Source: Candidatus Parcubacteria bacterium (GTDB lineage Bacteria; Patescibacteriota; Minisyncoccia; Minisyncoccales; S141-161). Taken from it: 22,552 nucleotides of DNA. This document shows, in pieces, positions 8,445-16,843 of this stretch (position 1 is the first letter of the stretch; every line of letters starts with the position of its first letter). The notes under the pieces are model-generated. The model was not told where the DNA came from. It did not search any database and worked only from the letters and a program-made list of their open reading frames with translations. Position numbers and translations under genes: made by a program. Location of the stretch: contig JALTXW010000007.1 of the NCBI GenBank assembly GCA_027046565.1, forward strand, positions 1 through 22,552, given 5' to 3'.

Positions 8445-9754
8445 GGAGAAGAGGTTTCTTTTTGTAGTTTTTTAATAAAATCTTTCAGAGCTCTTATTTC
8501 TTCTGGAGTAAGTGTAAACTGAGGTGGAAGAGAGACGCCTAAGGCTTTACTTAAAAGATCTGAAATTCCTGGCAATATTACCCATTTAGCTCCTTGGGCA
8601 GGACTCTTCTCTAAAGCTTCTAAAACCCTCACTAATTTTCCTAACTCATCGAACTCCTGAATTCTTCCATAAACTTTCTTAATCCGATTACTCTCGGCTG
8701 TAGCCTCAATCTCAATTCTTTTTCTCTCTTGTTTAGCCAAAAACTCTTTCAAAGTAGCTTCTCTCTGTTCTGGAGGAGGATCAATGTTTATTACCTCTAC
8801 AGCCAAAACTAAAACTCCATAATCTCTTTGAAACCCTTCAATTATCTCTCTGATGTTCTCGTATATTTCTCTTCCAATAGCTTCCTGTTTCCTGATCAAC
8901 TGGTCAAATCTTTCTCTGGTAATCCTGTCTCTCACTGCGGGTTTAATTCTATTAATAACAGCCTCTAACCAGTTATCTATCCTAAACAAAGCTTTATAAG
9001 GATTAACTACCCTTATTCTCATAATCAAAGAAACATCTAAAGGCAATCTATCGTAATCCTCAGCTTTCTCTACTTTGGTAAAGTAAACCTCTTCTTTGAG
9101 CAGAATGTAGTCTAAAGTTTCTCGAGGATGATACTCCACAGTACCATCTGGCTTCAATCCCCACCATTCAAAGTCATAAATATAAATATCATCTACAGGA
9201 TGAAAGCCATAAAAATAAAATCCTCCAAAGAGTCTACCCATCCTTAGCATTTGCCAATTGCTCAAAGGAGGATTTTGCTCTGAAACTTCAACAATATTTC
9301 CCTCTTCATCTATCGTATGATCTTCCCATTGAAACAAAATTCGGTGAAACTTTTCGCTTCTCACTACTGCTTTAGCTGTTCCTTCACTCACAAAAGTAAA
9401 AAATCTATTTTCTGGAGCTAAAACAAAGAAAGCAAGCAAAAAGAAAGAAATCAAAGTTAAAGCTATAGCTAAAATTCCAGGTATTCCTTGAAGAACTAAA
9501 GATACCAAGCTAAAAGCTAAAATCCATATAGACATCATCCCTAAACCTATCATTACCTTTAGAGAAGACACTAAAGCTAAAAGCCCTAAAAATATTCCAA
9601 AACTTAAAGCTATAGGCCCTAAAGGAGAACCAACTAAAACTCCCAATCCAAGCAAACTTATGTGGTACAAAATAATTATCCCAAATATCACCCAACCTTT
9701 TCTAATCCAAAGTCTTAACTGATAATTCAAAGGAGTCTGCCTAGTTTGCTGCAT
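8435..9754 (-). CDS. SPFH/band-7 (stomatin/prohibitin/HflK-like) domain membrane protein with multi-TM N-terminus
   Basis: The N-terminal ~120 aa are highly hydrophobic with several TM helices. The central region has SPFH-like motifs (VVNPYKALFRIDNWLEAVINRIKPAVRDRITRERFDQL and VLAVEVINIDPPPEQREATLKEFLAKQERKRIEIEATAESNRI). A strong RBS (AAAGGAGGGG) lies upstream of the ATG at 9754. Confidence 0.8.
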   Translation of the reverse strand: MQQTRQTPLNYQLRLWIRKGWVIFGIIILYHISLLGLGVLVGSPLGPIALSFGIFLGLLALVSSLKVMIGLGMMSIWILAFSLVSLVLQGIPGILAIALTLISFFLLAFFVLAPENRFFTFVSEGTAKAVVRSEKFHRILFQWEDHTIDEEGNIVEVSEQNPPLSNWQMLRMGRLFGGFYFYGFHPVDDIYIYDFEWWGLKPDGTVEYHPRETLDYILLKEEVYFTKVEKAEDYDRLPLDVSLIMRIRVVNPYKALFRIDNWLEAVINRIKPAVRDRITRERFDQLIRKQEAIGREIYENIREIIEGFQRDYGVLVLAVEVINIDPPPEQREATLKEFLAKQERKRIEIEATAESNRIKKVYGRIQEFDELGKLVRVLEALEKSPAQGAKWVILPGISDLLSKALGVSLPPQFTLTPEEIRALKDFIKKLQKETSSPGS

Positions 9755-9785
9755 TTTTCACCCCTCCTTTTCAAGGTTCTGAAGC

Positions 9786-9791
9786 CAAAAT
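9786..9791 (-). promoter_or_regulatory. Candidate -10 element (TATAAT on minus strand) for the SPFH gene
   Basis: There is a perfect TATAAT ~30 nt upstream of the minus-strand start codon. No well-spaced -35 is present, as the TTGACA-like hexamer is only 8 nt away. Confidence 0.3.
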
Positions 9792-9851
9792 ACAAATTAT
9801 ATTGACTTTTGTCAAGTTTAAAGTTAAAACTTTTTCAGAAAGGAGGAAGAG

Positions 9852-10076
9852 ATGAAAACCTTAAAAACTTGGACAGTAAGATTGCTTATCTTTTTGATTC
9901 TTATCTTCCCTTTTGTAAGCAAAGGATTCGTTGTACCTAAAAACCCATCTGGAAGTGAATTAGGAAAAGCTATCGGAGAAAACATTATAAACTGGATACT
10001 ATTTTGGATGGAACTGATAGAAGGGATGGTTAAAGTATTTCAAAAAATAATCAACTCAAAAGCCCCTGGCCTCTAA
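9852..10076 (+). CDS. Small (74 aa) secreted/membrane peptide with N-terminal signal/TM segment
   Basis: An AGGAGG RBS lies 8 nt upstream. The N-terminus has a hydrophobic signal-like segment (LLIFLILIFPFVS) and an amphipathic C-terminal helix. The stop codon sits in the loop of the downstream terminator hairpin. Confidence 0.5.
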   Translation: MKTLKTWTVRLLIFLILIFPFVSKGFVVPKNPSGSELGKAIGENIINWILFWMELIEGMVKVFQKIINSKAPGL

Positions 10077-10100
10077 CGAGGTCAGGGGCTTATTATTTTG
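10061..10100. terminator. Bidirectional rho-independent terminator between convergent small genes
   Basis: A 12-13 bp stem (GCCCCTGGCCTC / GAGGTCAGGGGC, one G-U pair) with loop TAAC is followed by TTATTATTTT on the plus strand and by a T-rich run on the minus strand. It spans both stop codons. Confidence 0.7.
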
Positions 10101-10300
10101 TAAATCATATATCCTATAGCAATGTAGAAGCCTATAAGAAAAGCTAAAGGAATTAAAAAGGTAAGAAAGAAACCAGAAATCTCTGCAATTATATCTAAAG
10201 CTCTTTTTCCTAAGAATTGAACTACACCAACCAAACCAATAATTAAGAAAAACACTAGCACTCCTAACATCCCTAGTAAAAGAAAAAAGATAAATTCCAT
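10082..10300 (-). CDS. Small (72 aa) two-TM membrane protein of unknown function
   Basis: It has two long hydrophobic helices separated by GKRALDIIAE. A strong RBS (GAAAGGAGGGGAGAAAAT-ATG) and a strong upstream promoter are present, and it ends inside the terminator hairpin. Confidence 0.6.
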   Translation of the reverse strand: MEFIFFLLLGMLGVLVFFLIIGLVGVVQFLGKRALDIIAEISGFFLTFLIPLAFLIGFYIAIGYMIYKIISP

Positions 10301-10332
10301 ATTTTCTCCCCTCCTTTCAAAGAACTGGCTAA

Positions 10333-10361
10333 ATTATACCACATATATCAAAATATTTCAA
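10333..10361 (-). promoter_or_regulatory. Sigma70-type promoter for minus-strand small membrane protein gene (-35 TTGAAA, 17-bp spacer, extended -10 TGgTATAAT)
   Basis: Read on the minus strand the sequence is TTGAAA-N17-TGGTATAAT, placed ~30-60 nt upstream of the start codon at 10300. The -35 matches consensus at 5/6 and the extended -10 is perfect. Confidence 0.55.
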
Positions 10362-10400
10362 TCCCCTTGACAGGGAGATAAAATTCAATTGCGCCAAATT

Positions 10401-10414
10401 TTCACGATCGTGAA
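10401..10414. promoter_or_regulatory. Perfect 14-bp palindrome TTCACGATCGTGAA in the leader region of the VirB4 operon, a candidate operator
   Basis: It is an exact inverted repeat ~80 nt upstream of the first operon gene, flanked by A/T runs. Downstream there is a weak extended -10-like TGgTAAAAT at 10473-10481. Confidence 0.35.
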
Positions 10415-10494
10415 GATTTTGCTCCGCTTTCTTGCTGTATCTTTTATTAGGGTTTTATTGAGAAAGAGTTTCTGGTAAAATTAATTTAGAAAAT

Positions 10495-10902
10495 ATGGAA
10501 GAATTAACTAGAGAAGAGTTTTGGAAAATTTACAAGCTTTTGCCTAAAGAACTTAAAGAAGCTATCTTTTCTCCAAAAACAGCAGATGCTATAGCTTCAG
10601 CTTTAGACTCAGCTAATATTGAAGATTCAAGAGCAGACTTAGTAGCAAAACTTACAGGACGAGTCTTGCTTGGACTTTTGCCTCCTCAAGACTTTACTCA
10701 AGCTTTGGAAAAAGAAGCTAATCTTTCTCCAGAAGAAGCGAGAAAAGTAGGACTAAAGATTTCAAGATTAGTCTTTTTGCCAGTAAGAGATAAGTTAGAT
10801 TTAATTTATTCAGAAGAGTTAACTCCCGGAAGCAAAGAAAAAGCTTTAAAAGAACCTCAGAAACCAAAATATTACGACCCTTACAGGGAACCGATAGAAT
10901 AA
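10495..10902 (+). CDS. Hypothetical soluble acidic protein, first gene of VirB4 operon
   Basis: The ORF is 135 aa with no TM segments, and the next gene starts 4 nt after its stop. I could not identify a recognisable family from the sequence alone. Confidence 0.5.
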   Translation: MEELTREEFWKIYKLLPKELKEAIFSPKTADAIASALDSANIEDSRADLVAKLTGRVLLGLLPPQDFTQALEKEANLSPEEARKVGLKISRLVFLPVRDKLDLIYSEELTPGSKEKALKEPQKPKYYDPYREPIE

Positions 10903-10906
10903 AAAT

Positions 10907-11323
10907 ATGGCAGAGTTTACAGTACCAAAATTTATTGAAAGAGAACCGGTTTTAATTTGGAAGATAACTTTTAGACAATTTATGATTTTAGCTTTGGGAG
11001 TATTAGTTTTGACCGTCTTAAAATTTGCTTTACCTCCTTTCCTCTTTTATTTAACTACTACATTCTTTGTAATCTTTGCCTTCTTGGCTATCTTTGTCAA
11101 AATACACGGAAGACCTTTCACCACTGTGTTAAAAAACTTTGTGCTGTATACTTTTTCTCCTAAAACTTTCCTATGGAAAAGAAAATCTTCAATGCCAAGA
11201 TTGATTACTAAAGAAAAAAAGCAAAAAGAAAAAACTAAAGAAGATATTTTAGAAAGTCCACTTCAAGTTATAGGCAAAAGCAAACTTAAAGAGATTGCCA
11301 GAAGGGTAGAAACTGGAATTTAA
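10907..11323 (+). CDS. Small two-TM membrane protein, PrgI/VirB3-like candidate
   Basis: The 138-aa protein reads WKITFRQFMILALGVLVL ... FLFYLTTTFFVIFAFLAIFV, i.e. two TM helices preceded by a (L)T-x-RQF motif reminiscent of PrgI-family VirB3 analogues. It sits immediately upstream of VirB4 as in Gram-positive T4SS loci. The C-tail is charged. Confidence 0.45.
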   Translation: MAEFTVPKFIEREPVLIWKITFRQFMILALGVLVLTVLKFALPPFLFYLTTTFFVIFAFLAIFVKIHGRPFTTVLKNFVLYTFSPKTFLWKRKSSMPRLITKEKKQKEKTKEDILESPLQVIGKSKLKEIARRVETGI

Positions 11324-11327
11324 AATT

Positions 11328-11954
11328 ATGGTTAGAACTTCAACCCAACAATTTTTAGAGTTTGATCAAATTAGAGAAGGAGTAATAATTTTAAAAAACA
11401 AAGGATTGAGAGGAATCTTGATGGCTTCTTCTTTGAACTTTGCTTTGCTTCCTCAAGAAGAACAAGATGCAATCACTTACCTCTACCAAGATTTCCTAAA
11501 CTCTTTAGATTTTCCTATCCAAATTTACATTCAATCTCGAAAGCTAAATTTAACTGGATATTTGGACCAAATTAAAGCTTTAGCTGAAAAACAAACTAAC
11601 GAACTTTTAAAAGCTCAAACTGTAGGATACTATAAATTTATCAAACAACTAGTTACGGAAGGAACTATAATGACTAAATCCTTCTATATCGTTATACCTT
11701 TTACCTTAGCTGATATGGGACTCAAAGCAGGAAGAAAAGGAATTATTAATTTAACCGAAAGCTTATTTCAAAAGGCCAAAACTCAGCTTTTTCAAAGAAT
11801 GGAGTTTGTAGCTTTAGGATTAAAAAGATTAGGAATTAGAGCTATCCCTTTAACTACCGCAGAGATAATTGAGCTTTTTTGGGCGATGCACCACCCTCAA
11901 GAGATGGAAGTAGGATATTTTCCAGAAATTCCTCCAGAACTAACTTCTCGATAA
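11328..11954 (+). CDS. VirB4-family N-terminal domain protein (separate ORF)
   Basis: The sequence FDQIREGVIILKNKGLRGILMASSLNFALLPQEEQDAITYLYQDFLNSLDFPIQIYIQSRKLN matches the conserved N-terminal segment of Gram-positive-type VirB4/TraE ATPases (I-dG-i...iN..L.s.eEq......fLNsL.fpiQi). It ends with TAA at 11952-11954, 1 nt before the ATPase ORF, which is in a different frame. Confidence 0.6.
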   Translation: MVRTSTQQFLEFDQIREGVIILKNKGLRGILMASSLNFALLPQEEQDAITYLYQDFLNSLDFPIQIYIQSRKLNLTGYLDQIKALAEKQTNELLKAQTVGYYKFIKQLVTEGTIMTKSFYIVIPFTLADMGLKAGRKGIINLTESLFQKAKTQLFQRMEFVALGLKRLGIRAIPLTTAEIIELFWAMHHPQEMEVGYFPEIPPELTSR

Positions 11955-11955
11955 T

Positions 11956-13758
11956 ATGAAGCTGAAGCTTAATTTACCTTTCTTACAACCTAAAAAGCCA
12001 GAACTTCCAGAGTTAACCTTTGGGGAACCTATTAATGTTAAAGACATTGTAGCTCCGCCTTTTATCGAAATCACCCAAAACTATATTAAATTAGGAGAAA
12101 GATTTGCTAAAACTTTCTTTGTTTTCTCTTATCCCAGATATTTAAGCACAGCTTGGATGTCACCTCTAATTAACTTAGATACCCCTTTTGACATTTCTAT
12201 CTTCATCTTCCCTGCAGATGTAGGTGAAGTGTTAAGGCAATTAAGGAAAAAGGTAGCTGAAGTTCAATCTGAAATTATTGAAAGAGAAGAAAAAGGATTA
12301 GTAAGAGATCCAGAATTAGAAACAGCTTACAGAGACTTAGAAGAGTTAAGAGATAGATTGCAAACTGCTCAAGAAAAGATGTTCCATGTAGGAGTTTATA
12401 TTACAGTTTACGCTAACTCTGAAAAAGAACTTCACGACTTGGAAGCTCAACTAAGATCTATCTTGGAGGCAAGATTAGTTTACATTAAACCTGCAATCTT
12501 TCAACAAAGAGAAGGGTTTATAACTACAGCTCCTTATGGGATGGATCTAATTCAAGTTTACACTCCAATGAATACCGCGCCTTTATCTTCTATGTTTCCT
12601 TTTGTCTCTTATGATCTAAGTTCAAACGAAGGAATCTTGTATGGAATAAACAAACACAACAACTCCTTAGTTTTATTTGATAGATTTACTTTAGAAAATG
12701 CAAACGAAGTAGTTTTTGGAAAAGCAGGTTCAGGTAAAAGCTATGCAGTAAAGCTTGAAATTCTAAGATACCTGATGATGGGAGTAGATGTGATAGTTAT
12801 TGATCCTGAAAACGAATACGAATTTTTAGCTGATGCAGTGGGAGGTTCTTTCTTTAATGTATCTTTAGCTTCTCCTCATAGAATCAATCCTTTTGACCTG
12901 CCTCAGCCTACACCCGAAGAAAGACCTGAAGATGTTTTAAGAAGTAATATCATCAATTTGGTAGGTTTAATTAGGATAATGTTAGGAGGATTAACTCCTG
13001 AAGAAGATGCTATAATTGATTCAGCTTTAACTCAAACTTATGCTATCAAAGATATCACTCCCGAATCAGATCCTGCTACTTGGCCAGAAAAAGTTCCTTT
13101 ATTTTCAGATCTCCAAGATGTCTTAGAAACGATGGAAGGTGCAGAAAGCTTAGTAAGAAGACTTCAAAGGTTCACCACTGGAACCTTTGCAAGCTTTTTT
13201 AATCAGCACACTAACATCTCTATTAACAATAAGTTTGTAGTCTTTGGAATAAGGGATATGGAAGAGAGTTTAAGACCAATTGCAATGTATATCATTATGA
13301 GATTCATCTGGAATGAAATTAGAAGAAAGTTTAAAAAGCGAATCTTAGTAATAGATGAGGCTTGGTGGTTAATGCAAACTGAAGATGGAGCTTCTTTCTT
13401 ATATGGTTTAGCTAAAAGAGGAAGAAAGTATTGGTTAGGAGTTACTACTATCACCCAAGATGTAATTGATTTTTTGAGATCTGATTATGGCAAACCTATA
13501 ATTACCAACTCTTCTTTACAGCTTTTGATGAAGCAAAGCACAGCTGCAGCTGAAACCTTAGTTAAAACCTTCAATTTAACTGAACCAGAAAAGATGTTTT
13601 TGATTGACGCTCCAGTGGGAGAAGGATTATTTTTTGCAGGCCAAAAGCATGTAGCTATTAGAGTAGTCTCTTCTTATGCAGAACATCAAATCATTACTAC
13701 TGCTCCAGAAGAAGTGGCTAAAATTAGAGAGGCTAAAAGGATAATCAAAGGTTACTAA
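11956..13758 (+). CDS. virB4: VirB4/TrbE/TraC-family type IV secretion ATPase (central and C-terminal ATPase domains)
   Basis: The central region typical of VirB4 (FAKTFFVFSYPRYLSTAWMSPLINLDTPFDISIFIFP) is present. Walker A is FGKAGSGKSY, followed by VIVIDPENEY. Walker B is ILVIDEAWWLM, carrying the DEAW signature. The ITQDVIDF and SLQLLMKQS motifs are also present. Confidence 0.9.
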   Translation: MKLKLNLPFLQPKKPELPELTFGEPINVKDIVAPPFIEITQNYIKLGERFAKTFFVFSYPRYLSTAWMSPLINLDTPFDISIFIFPADVGEVLRQLRKKVAEVQSEIIEREEKGLVRDPELETAYRDLEELRDRLQTAQEKMFHVGVYITVYANSEKELHDLEAQLRSILEARLVYIKPAIFQQREGFITTAPYGMDLIQVYTPMNTAPLSSMFPFVSYDLSSNEGILYGINKHNNSLVLFDRFTLENANEVVFGKAGSGKSYAVKLEILRYLMMGVDVIVIDPENEYEFLADAVGGSFFNVSLASPHRINPFDLPQPTPEERPEDVLRSNIINLVGLIRIMLGGLTPEEDAIIDSALTQTYAIKDITPESDPATWPEKVPLFSDLQDVLETMEGAESLVRRLQRFTTGTFASFFNQHTNISINNKFVVFGIRDMEESLRPIAMYIIMRFIWNEIRRKFKKRILVIDEAWWLMQTEDGASFLYGLAKRGRKYWLGVTTITQDVIDFLRSDYGKPIITNSSLQLLMKQSTAAAETLVKTFNLTEPEKMFLIDAPVGEGLFFAGQKHVAIRVVSSYAEHQIITTAPEEVAKIREAKRIIKGY

Positions 13759-13762
13759 AATT

Positions 13763-14107
13763 ATGGAAGAAGAGATTGTTTTAAAATCAAGATTTTATAA
13801 CAATTTAGTAGGACCTGAAGGTGTCCTAATGCTTTCTTTAGCTTTTGGATTTGACTTAATAGAGATTATAGCCAACTTAGTACCTGTAGCTGGCGACTCA
13901 ATAAGCTTAGCAATAGACGTTTTAGCTTTCATATTTATAGGAGGATGGCTAATACTGAGAGGAGAATTTTGGAGAAGAATTACAAAAAGGAGAAAGTTAA
14001 GAATGTTGAAATCCTTGATGATTTTAGCTGAAATTTTACCAATCCCTTTTATAGGAGATCTTCCTTTCTGGACAATTATCGTGTTTACCGAATTAAGAAA
14101 CTCTTAA
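13763..14107 (+). CDS. Small (114 aa) multi-TM membrane protein of unknown function (alternative VirB3-like candidate)
   Basis: It has three hydrophobic segments and a basic loop (RRITKRRKLRMLK). It sits between VirB4 and the first pilin-like gene, and flanking genes are 1-4 nt away. Confidence 0.5.
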   Translation: MEEEIVLKSRFYNNLVGPEGVLMLSLAFGFDLIEIIANLVPVAGDSISLAIDVLAFIFIGGWLILRGEFWRRITKRRKLRMLKSLMILAEILPIPFIGDLPFWTIIVFTELRNS

Positions 14108-14108
14108 A

Positions 14109-14942
14109 ATGCTCCAAGTTACCACCCAAATCCAATATCCAAATTTGCCTCAGACTCCTTTTCCCTCCCCTTTAACTTTACCTTCCTTTTTTAACTACAT
14201 TTACAACCTTTTAATTGTGGCTGGGATAATAATAGCTTTAACTCTGCTAACTAGTGCAGGATTAACCTATCTTTTTTCTGGAACAAATGTTCAGCGTAAA
14301 CTTCAAGCTAAAGAGCAAATAATTTCAGCTTTGTTGGGCTTGGGAATCTTATTAGGTTCTTATCTTATACTTTCAGCTTTAGATCCCAACTTAACTGTGC
14401 CTGCAATTTCTAATCTTCCTCAAATCGAAATCCCAACTTCTCCTCCTATTTCTTATCAACCTTATCGTCCTTCTGCAGTATTGGAAGTAATAGATAGTTA
14501 CGAAAGAGAAACTTTAGAGCTTATTTCTTTTTTGGAAGCTTCAACCTTTAACTTGTATAACTTAATTTTGAGTTTAGAAATCTTAGACTTTACTAAAAAA
14601 GTAGATGAAGCTTTAAAGCTTCCCAACTGCGCTAACACTGAAGCTATCTGCGTTCCAAAAGGACTTTTGCCTATACCTGCTAAATGCGAATGGAAAGAAT
14701 CTCCAGTGAAGTTAGCTTCAGAACTTTTGCAAAAAGACTTGGTGTTAAAAGTTAGAGATCCTATCTTAGAGTTAATAAACTCCCAAAAGCCTAAGGAGTT
14801 AACTTTAACTCTTTCTAAAATTAACAACTGCTTAAGCTCTTTAGAAAAACAGCTTTTTATAGAAGGAGAGTTTCAAGATTACTTAAGCTACTTTAACCTT
14901 TCTTCTAAAGGTCCTTTAACCTTTTATTGTGCTAAAAGATGA
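14109..14942 (+). CDS. VirB2/TrbC-like pilin-hairpin fusion protein, paralogue 1 (277 aa)
   Basis: A QIQYP box lies at residues 7-11. The two-helix hairpin reads LLIVAGIIIALTLLTSAGLTYLFSGTNVQRKLQAKEQIISALLGLGILLGSYLILSALDPNL. The C-terminal domain contains Cys and ends FYCAKR. It overlaps the next gene by 4 nt (ATGA). Confidence 0.6.
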   Translation: MLQVTTQIQYPNLPQTPFPSPLTLPSFFNYIYNLLIVAGIIIALTLLTSAGLTYLFSGTNVQRKLQAKEQIISALLGLGILLGSYLILSALDPNLTVPAISNLPQIEIPTSPPISYQPYRPSAVLEVIDSYERETLELISFLEASTFNLYNLILSLEILDFTKKVDEALKLPNCANTEAICVPKGLLPIPAKCEWKESPVKLASELLQKDLVLKVRDPILELINSQKPKELTLTLSKINNCLSSLEKQLFIEGEFQDYLSYFNLSSKGPLTFYCAKR

Positions 14943-15655
14943 GATTTGGCTTAAAAGAAAAAATTTTAATCTTGGCCGTGGGTTTATCTTTTATCTTTAA
15001 TGGCTTCCCTAATCCTAACGAAGCGAGTTCTATTGGAGAATGCAAGTTGGCTCCAATTGGCCAACCTTCAAAGAGGGCTTTAGAAATTCACAAAGAGTTA
15101 ATCTATTTATTTTTGCTTTTGGAAAATGAGCTCTCTGCTTTAGAAAATAAAGCTTCCCAAGTTTTACCTTTAATTGTCCAATGTTCAATTGACAAATGCA
15201 AAATAGAAAAAGATATGTGCCCTTTTATATGCAAGCCTGAAGAGTGTGAAGTAAAAGCTTCCTGTAAACCTATTTCACCAGACTTTGAAGAAACGGTATG
15301 CTCTCAAGAAGTAAAAGATGAGATTGAAAATATAAAAAAAGAGATAGAACCTATAACAGAGAGCATAAAAGAACTCTTAGTTAAAATTGGAAAGTTAGGT
15401 TCCCCTATACCTATTACTATTGGAGGAATAAATGTAGTAGGAGAATTGTCTGAACTTAAGCAAAAATTAAAAAAGGGAAAAGATATCCTTTTAAACTTTG
15501 ATCCTCAGAAAGAAGTTCTGTTAAACTGCAATCAAGCTAAAAGGTTTAAAGTGGTGCCTTCCTGTTTTCCAGAAATAATCAACTTTTTAGGCATTACCCT
15601 TCCTTTAAGTGATACTCCAGATAGTCAAATTGATTACTTTGTATGCCAAAAATGA
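14939..15655 (+). CDS. Secreted cysteine-containing protein (238 aa)
   Basis: It has a signal-peptide-like N-terminus (ILILAVGLSFIFNG) and ~13 Cys in clusters (CSIDKCKIEKDMCPFICKPEECEVKASCKP). The C-terminus reads YFVCQK. Confidence 0.6.
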   Translation: MRFGLKEKILILAVGLSFIFNGFPNPNEASSIGECKLAPIGQPSKRALEIHKELIYLFLLLENELSALENKASQVLPLIVQCSIDKCKIEKDMCPFICKPEECEVKASCKPISPDFEETVCSQEVKDEIENIKKEIEPITESIKELLVKIGKLGSPIPITIGGINVVGELSELKQKLKKGKDILLNFDPQKEVLLNCNQAKRFKVVPSCFPEIINFLGITLPLSDTPDSQIDYFVCQK

Positions 15656-16842
15656 AAACTTTAATTTTAAAAAGCCTCTTTTTGCTTCTCTTTTCAGCCT
15701 CTTTTGCTTTAGCTCAAAACTTACAGTTAGAATATCCTTCTCCCCCTGGCACCCCTTCGCCTTCAGGAGGAGTAGAAGACTTTTTTAGATATCTTTATAC
15801 TTTCTTACTGATCATAGGAGGAATTTTAGCTGTATCTTTAGTATTTTTAGGAGGTTTTTTTTATCTTACTTCTTTTGGAAATCTTCAAAGAGTATCTCGA
15901 GGAAAAGAGCTTATAGTCTCAGCGTTATTGGGAGCTTTTATTTTATTCTCTTCCCATCTAATATTAAATACTTTAGATCCTTACTTAGTTACTATTCCAA
16001 ATTTAAGAATTAGACCTCTTGTTCTCCCATCTTTTTCTGTTCCGGTTTTAGAAAAAGAAAAAAGAGCAACAGGTTGTCAACCTTTAAATCTTCAAGCTAA
16101 ATTAGAAGCTATTTTTTCTAAAGAGAAGGAAGCTTTAGATATAGCTGAAAAAGCAATAAAACTGGATGCTTTGCAAAAAATAAAACAGAAAACAGAAGAA
16201 ATAGTCAATGTAGTAGCTCAGTGTGATTGCTCTAAATTTCAACCTGAGTGTTTAGTAAAAGATTCGGGTTCTCCTGCTTGTCCTGCAAGATGTCCTCCTA
16301 GTTCTTCTATTCCTCCTCCTCCTTCTGAAGATCCTTGTCCTCCAGAACTTAGATCTAAGTTAATCCCAGAATTAGAGGAAATCTTGGATTTCTATCCTGA
16401 ACTCTTCAGTTTAATAGAAAGCTTTGGATTTGATCTAACTTCAGAACAAGAAGATTTAGTAAAATCTATAATTGATAAACTCTTAATTCAAGACAAAACT
16501 TCTTCTTTTTCTTTGTTTGTAGATAAATTTATAAAAGATTTGGAAGAGTTAGTTTTAAAACAGAATCTTTCTTCAGATCCCCAAGAAAGAAAGAAAAGAA
16601 TAAAAGAATTAGAAAGGTTGTTTTCCCAATCTTTATGGATATTAACTAAAATTTTAACTAATATCACTACTTCTTTGGCTAAGTTAAATTTTGAATTAGA
16701 AAAGATATTGCAAGAAGCTACTCAAGCTCGTACCGATATAGGATCAGTCAAAGTTTTAACTTGTTACCAAGCTTTGGCCGAAGGAAAAGTAGATATTGGA
16801 GAATGCGTAGGAAGGGAGTTGGATTTATATTATTGCAAATAA
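15643..16842 (+). CDS. VirB2/TrbC-like pilin-hairpin fusion protein, paralogue 2 (399 aa), Cys/Pro-rich C-terminal domain
   Basis: The signal peptide (cleavage at ALA-QN) is followed by an LQLEYP box. The hairpin reads FLLIIGGILAVSLVFLGGFFYLTSFGNLQRVSRGKELIVSALLGAFILFSSHLILNTLDPYLV. The C-terminal domain has CDC and CPARCPP motifs and a PPPPSEDPCPP stretch, and ends LYYCK. Confidence 0.65.
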   Translation: MPKMKTLILKSLFLLLFSASFALAQNLQLEYPSPPGTPSPSGGVEDFFRYLYTFLLIIGGILAVSLVFLGGFFYLTSFGNLQRVSRGKELIVSALLGAFILFSSHLILNTLDPYLVTIPNLRIRPLVLPSFSVPVLEKEKRATGCQPLNLQAKLEAIFSKEKEALDIAEKAIKLDALQKIKQKTEEIVNVVAQCDCSKFQPECLVKDSGSPACPARCPPSSSIPPPPSEDPCPPELRSKLIPELEEILDFYPELFSLIESFGFDLTSEQEDLVKSIIDKLLIQDKTSSFSLFVDKFIKDLEELVLKQNLSSDPQERKKRIKELERLFSQSLWILTKILTNITTSLAKLNFELEKILQEATQARTDIGSVKVLTCYQALAEGKVDIGECVGRELDLYYCK

Positions 16843-16843
16843 G

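Noticed and set aside
9510-9695. Minus-strand 61-aa ORF overlapping the SPFH gene in another frame
   Set aside because: It is nested in the TM-rich N-terminal coding region of the SPFH gene. It is an artefact of the frame.
9793-9821. Plus-strand promoter TTGACT-N17-TAAAAC for the 74-aa peptide gene
   Set aside because: The -10 lacks the invariant final T and matches only 4 of 6 positions. It was not reported as a feature. The inverted repeat TTGAC-tttt-GTCAA at 9793-9806 is too short to call an operator.
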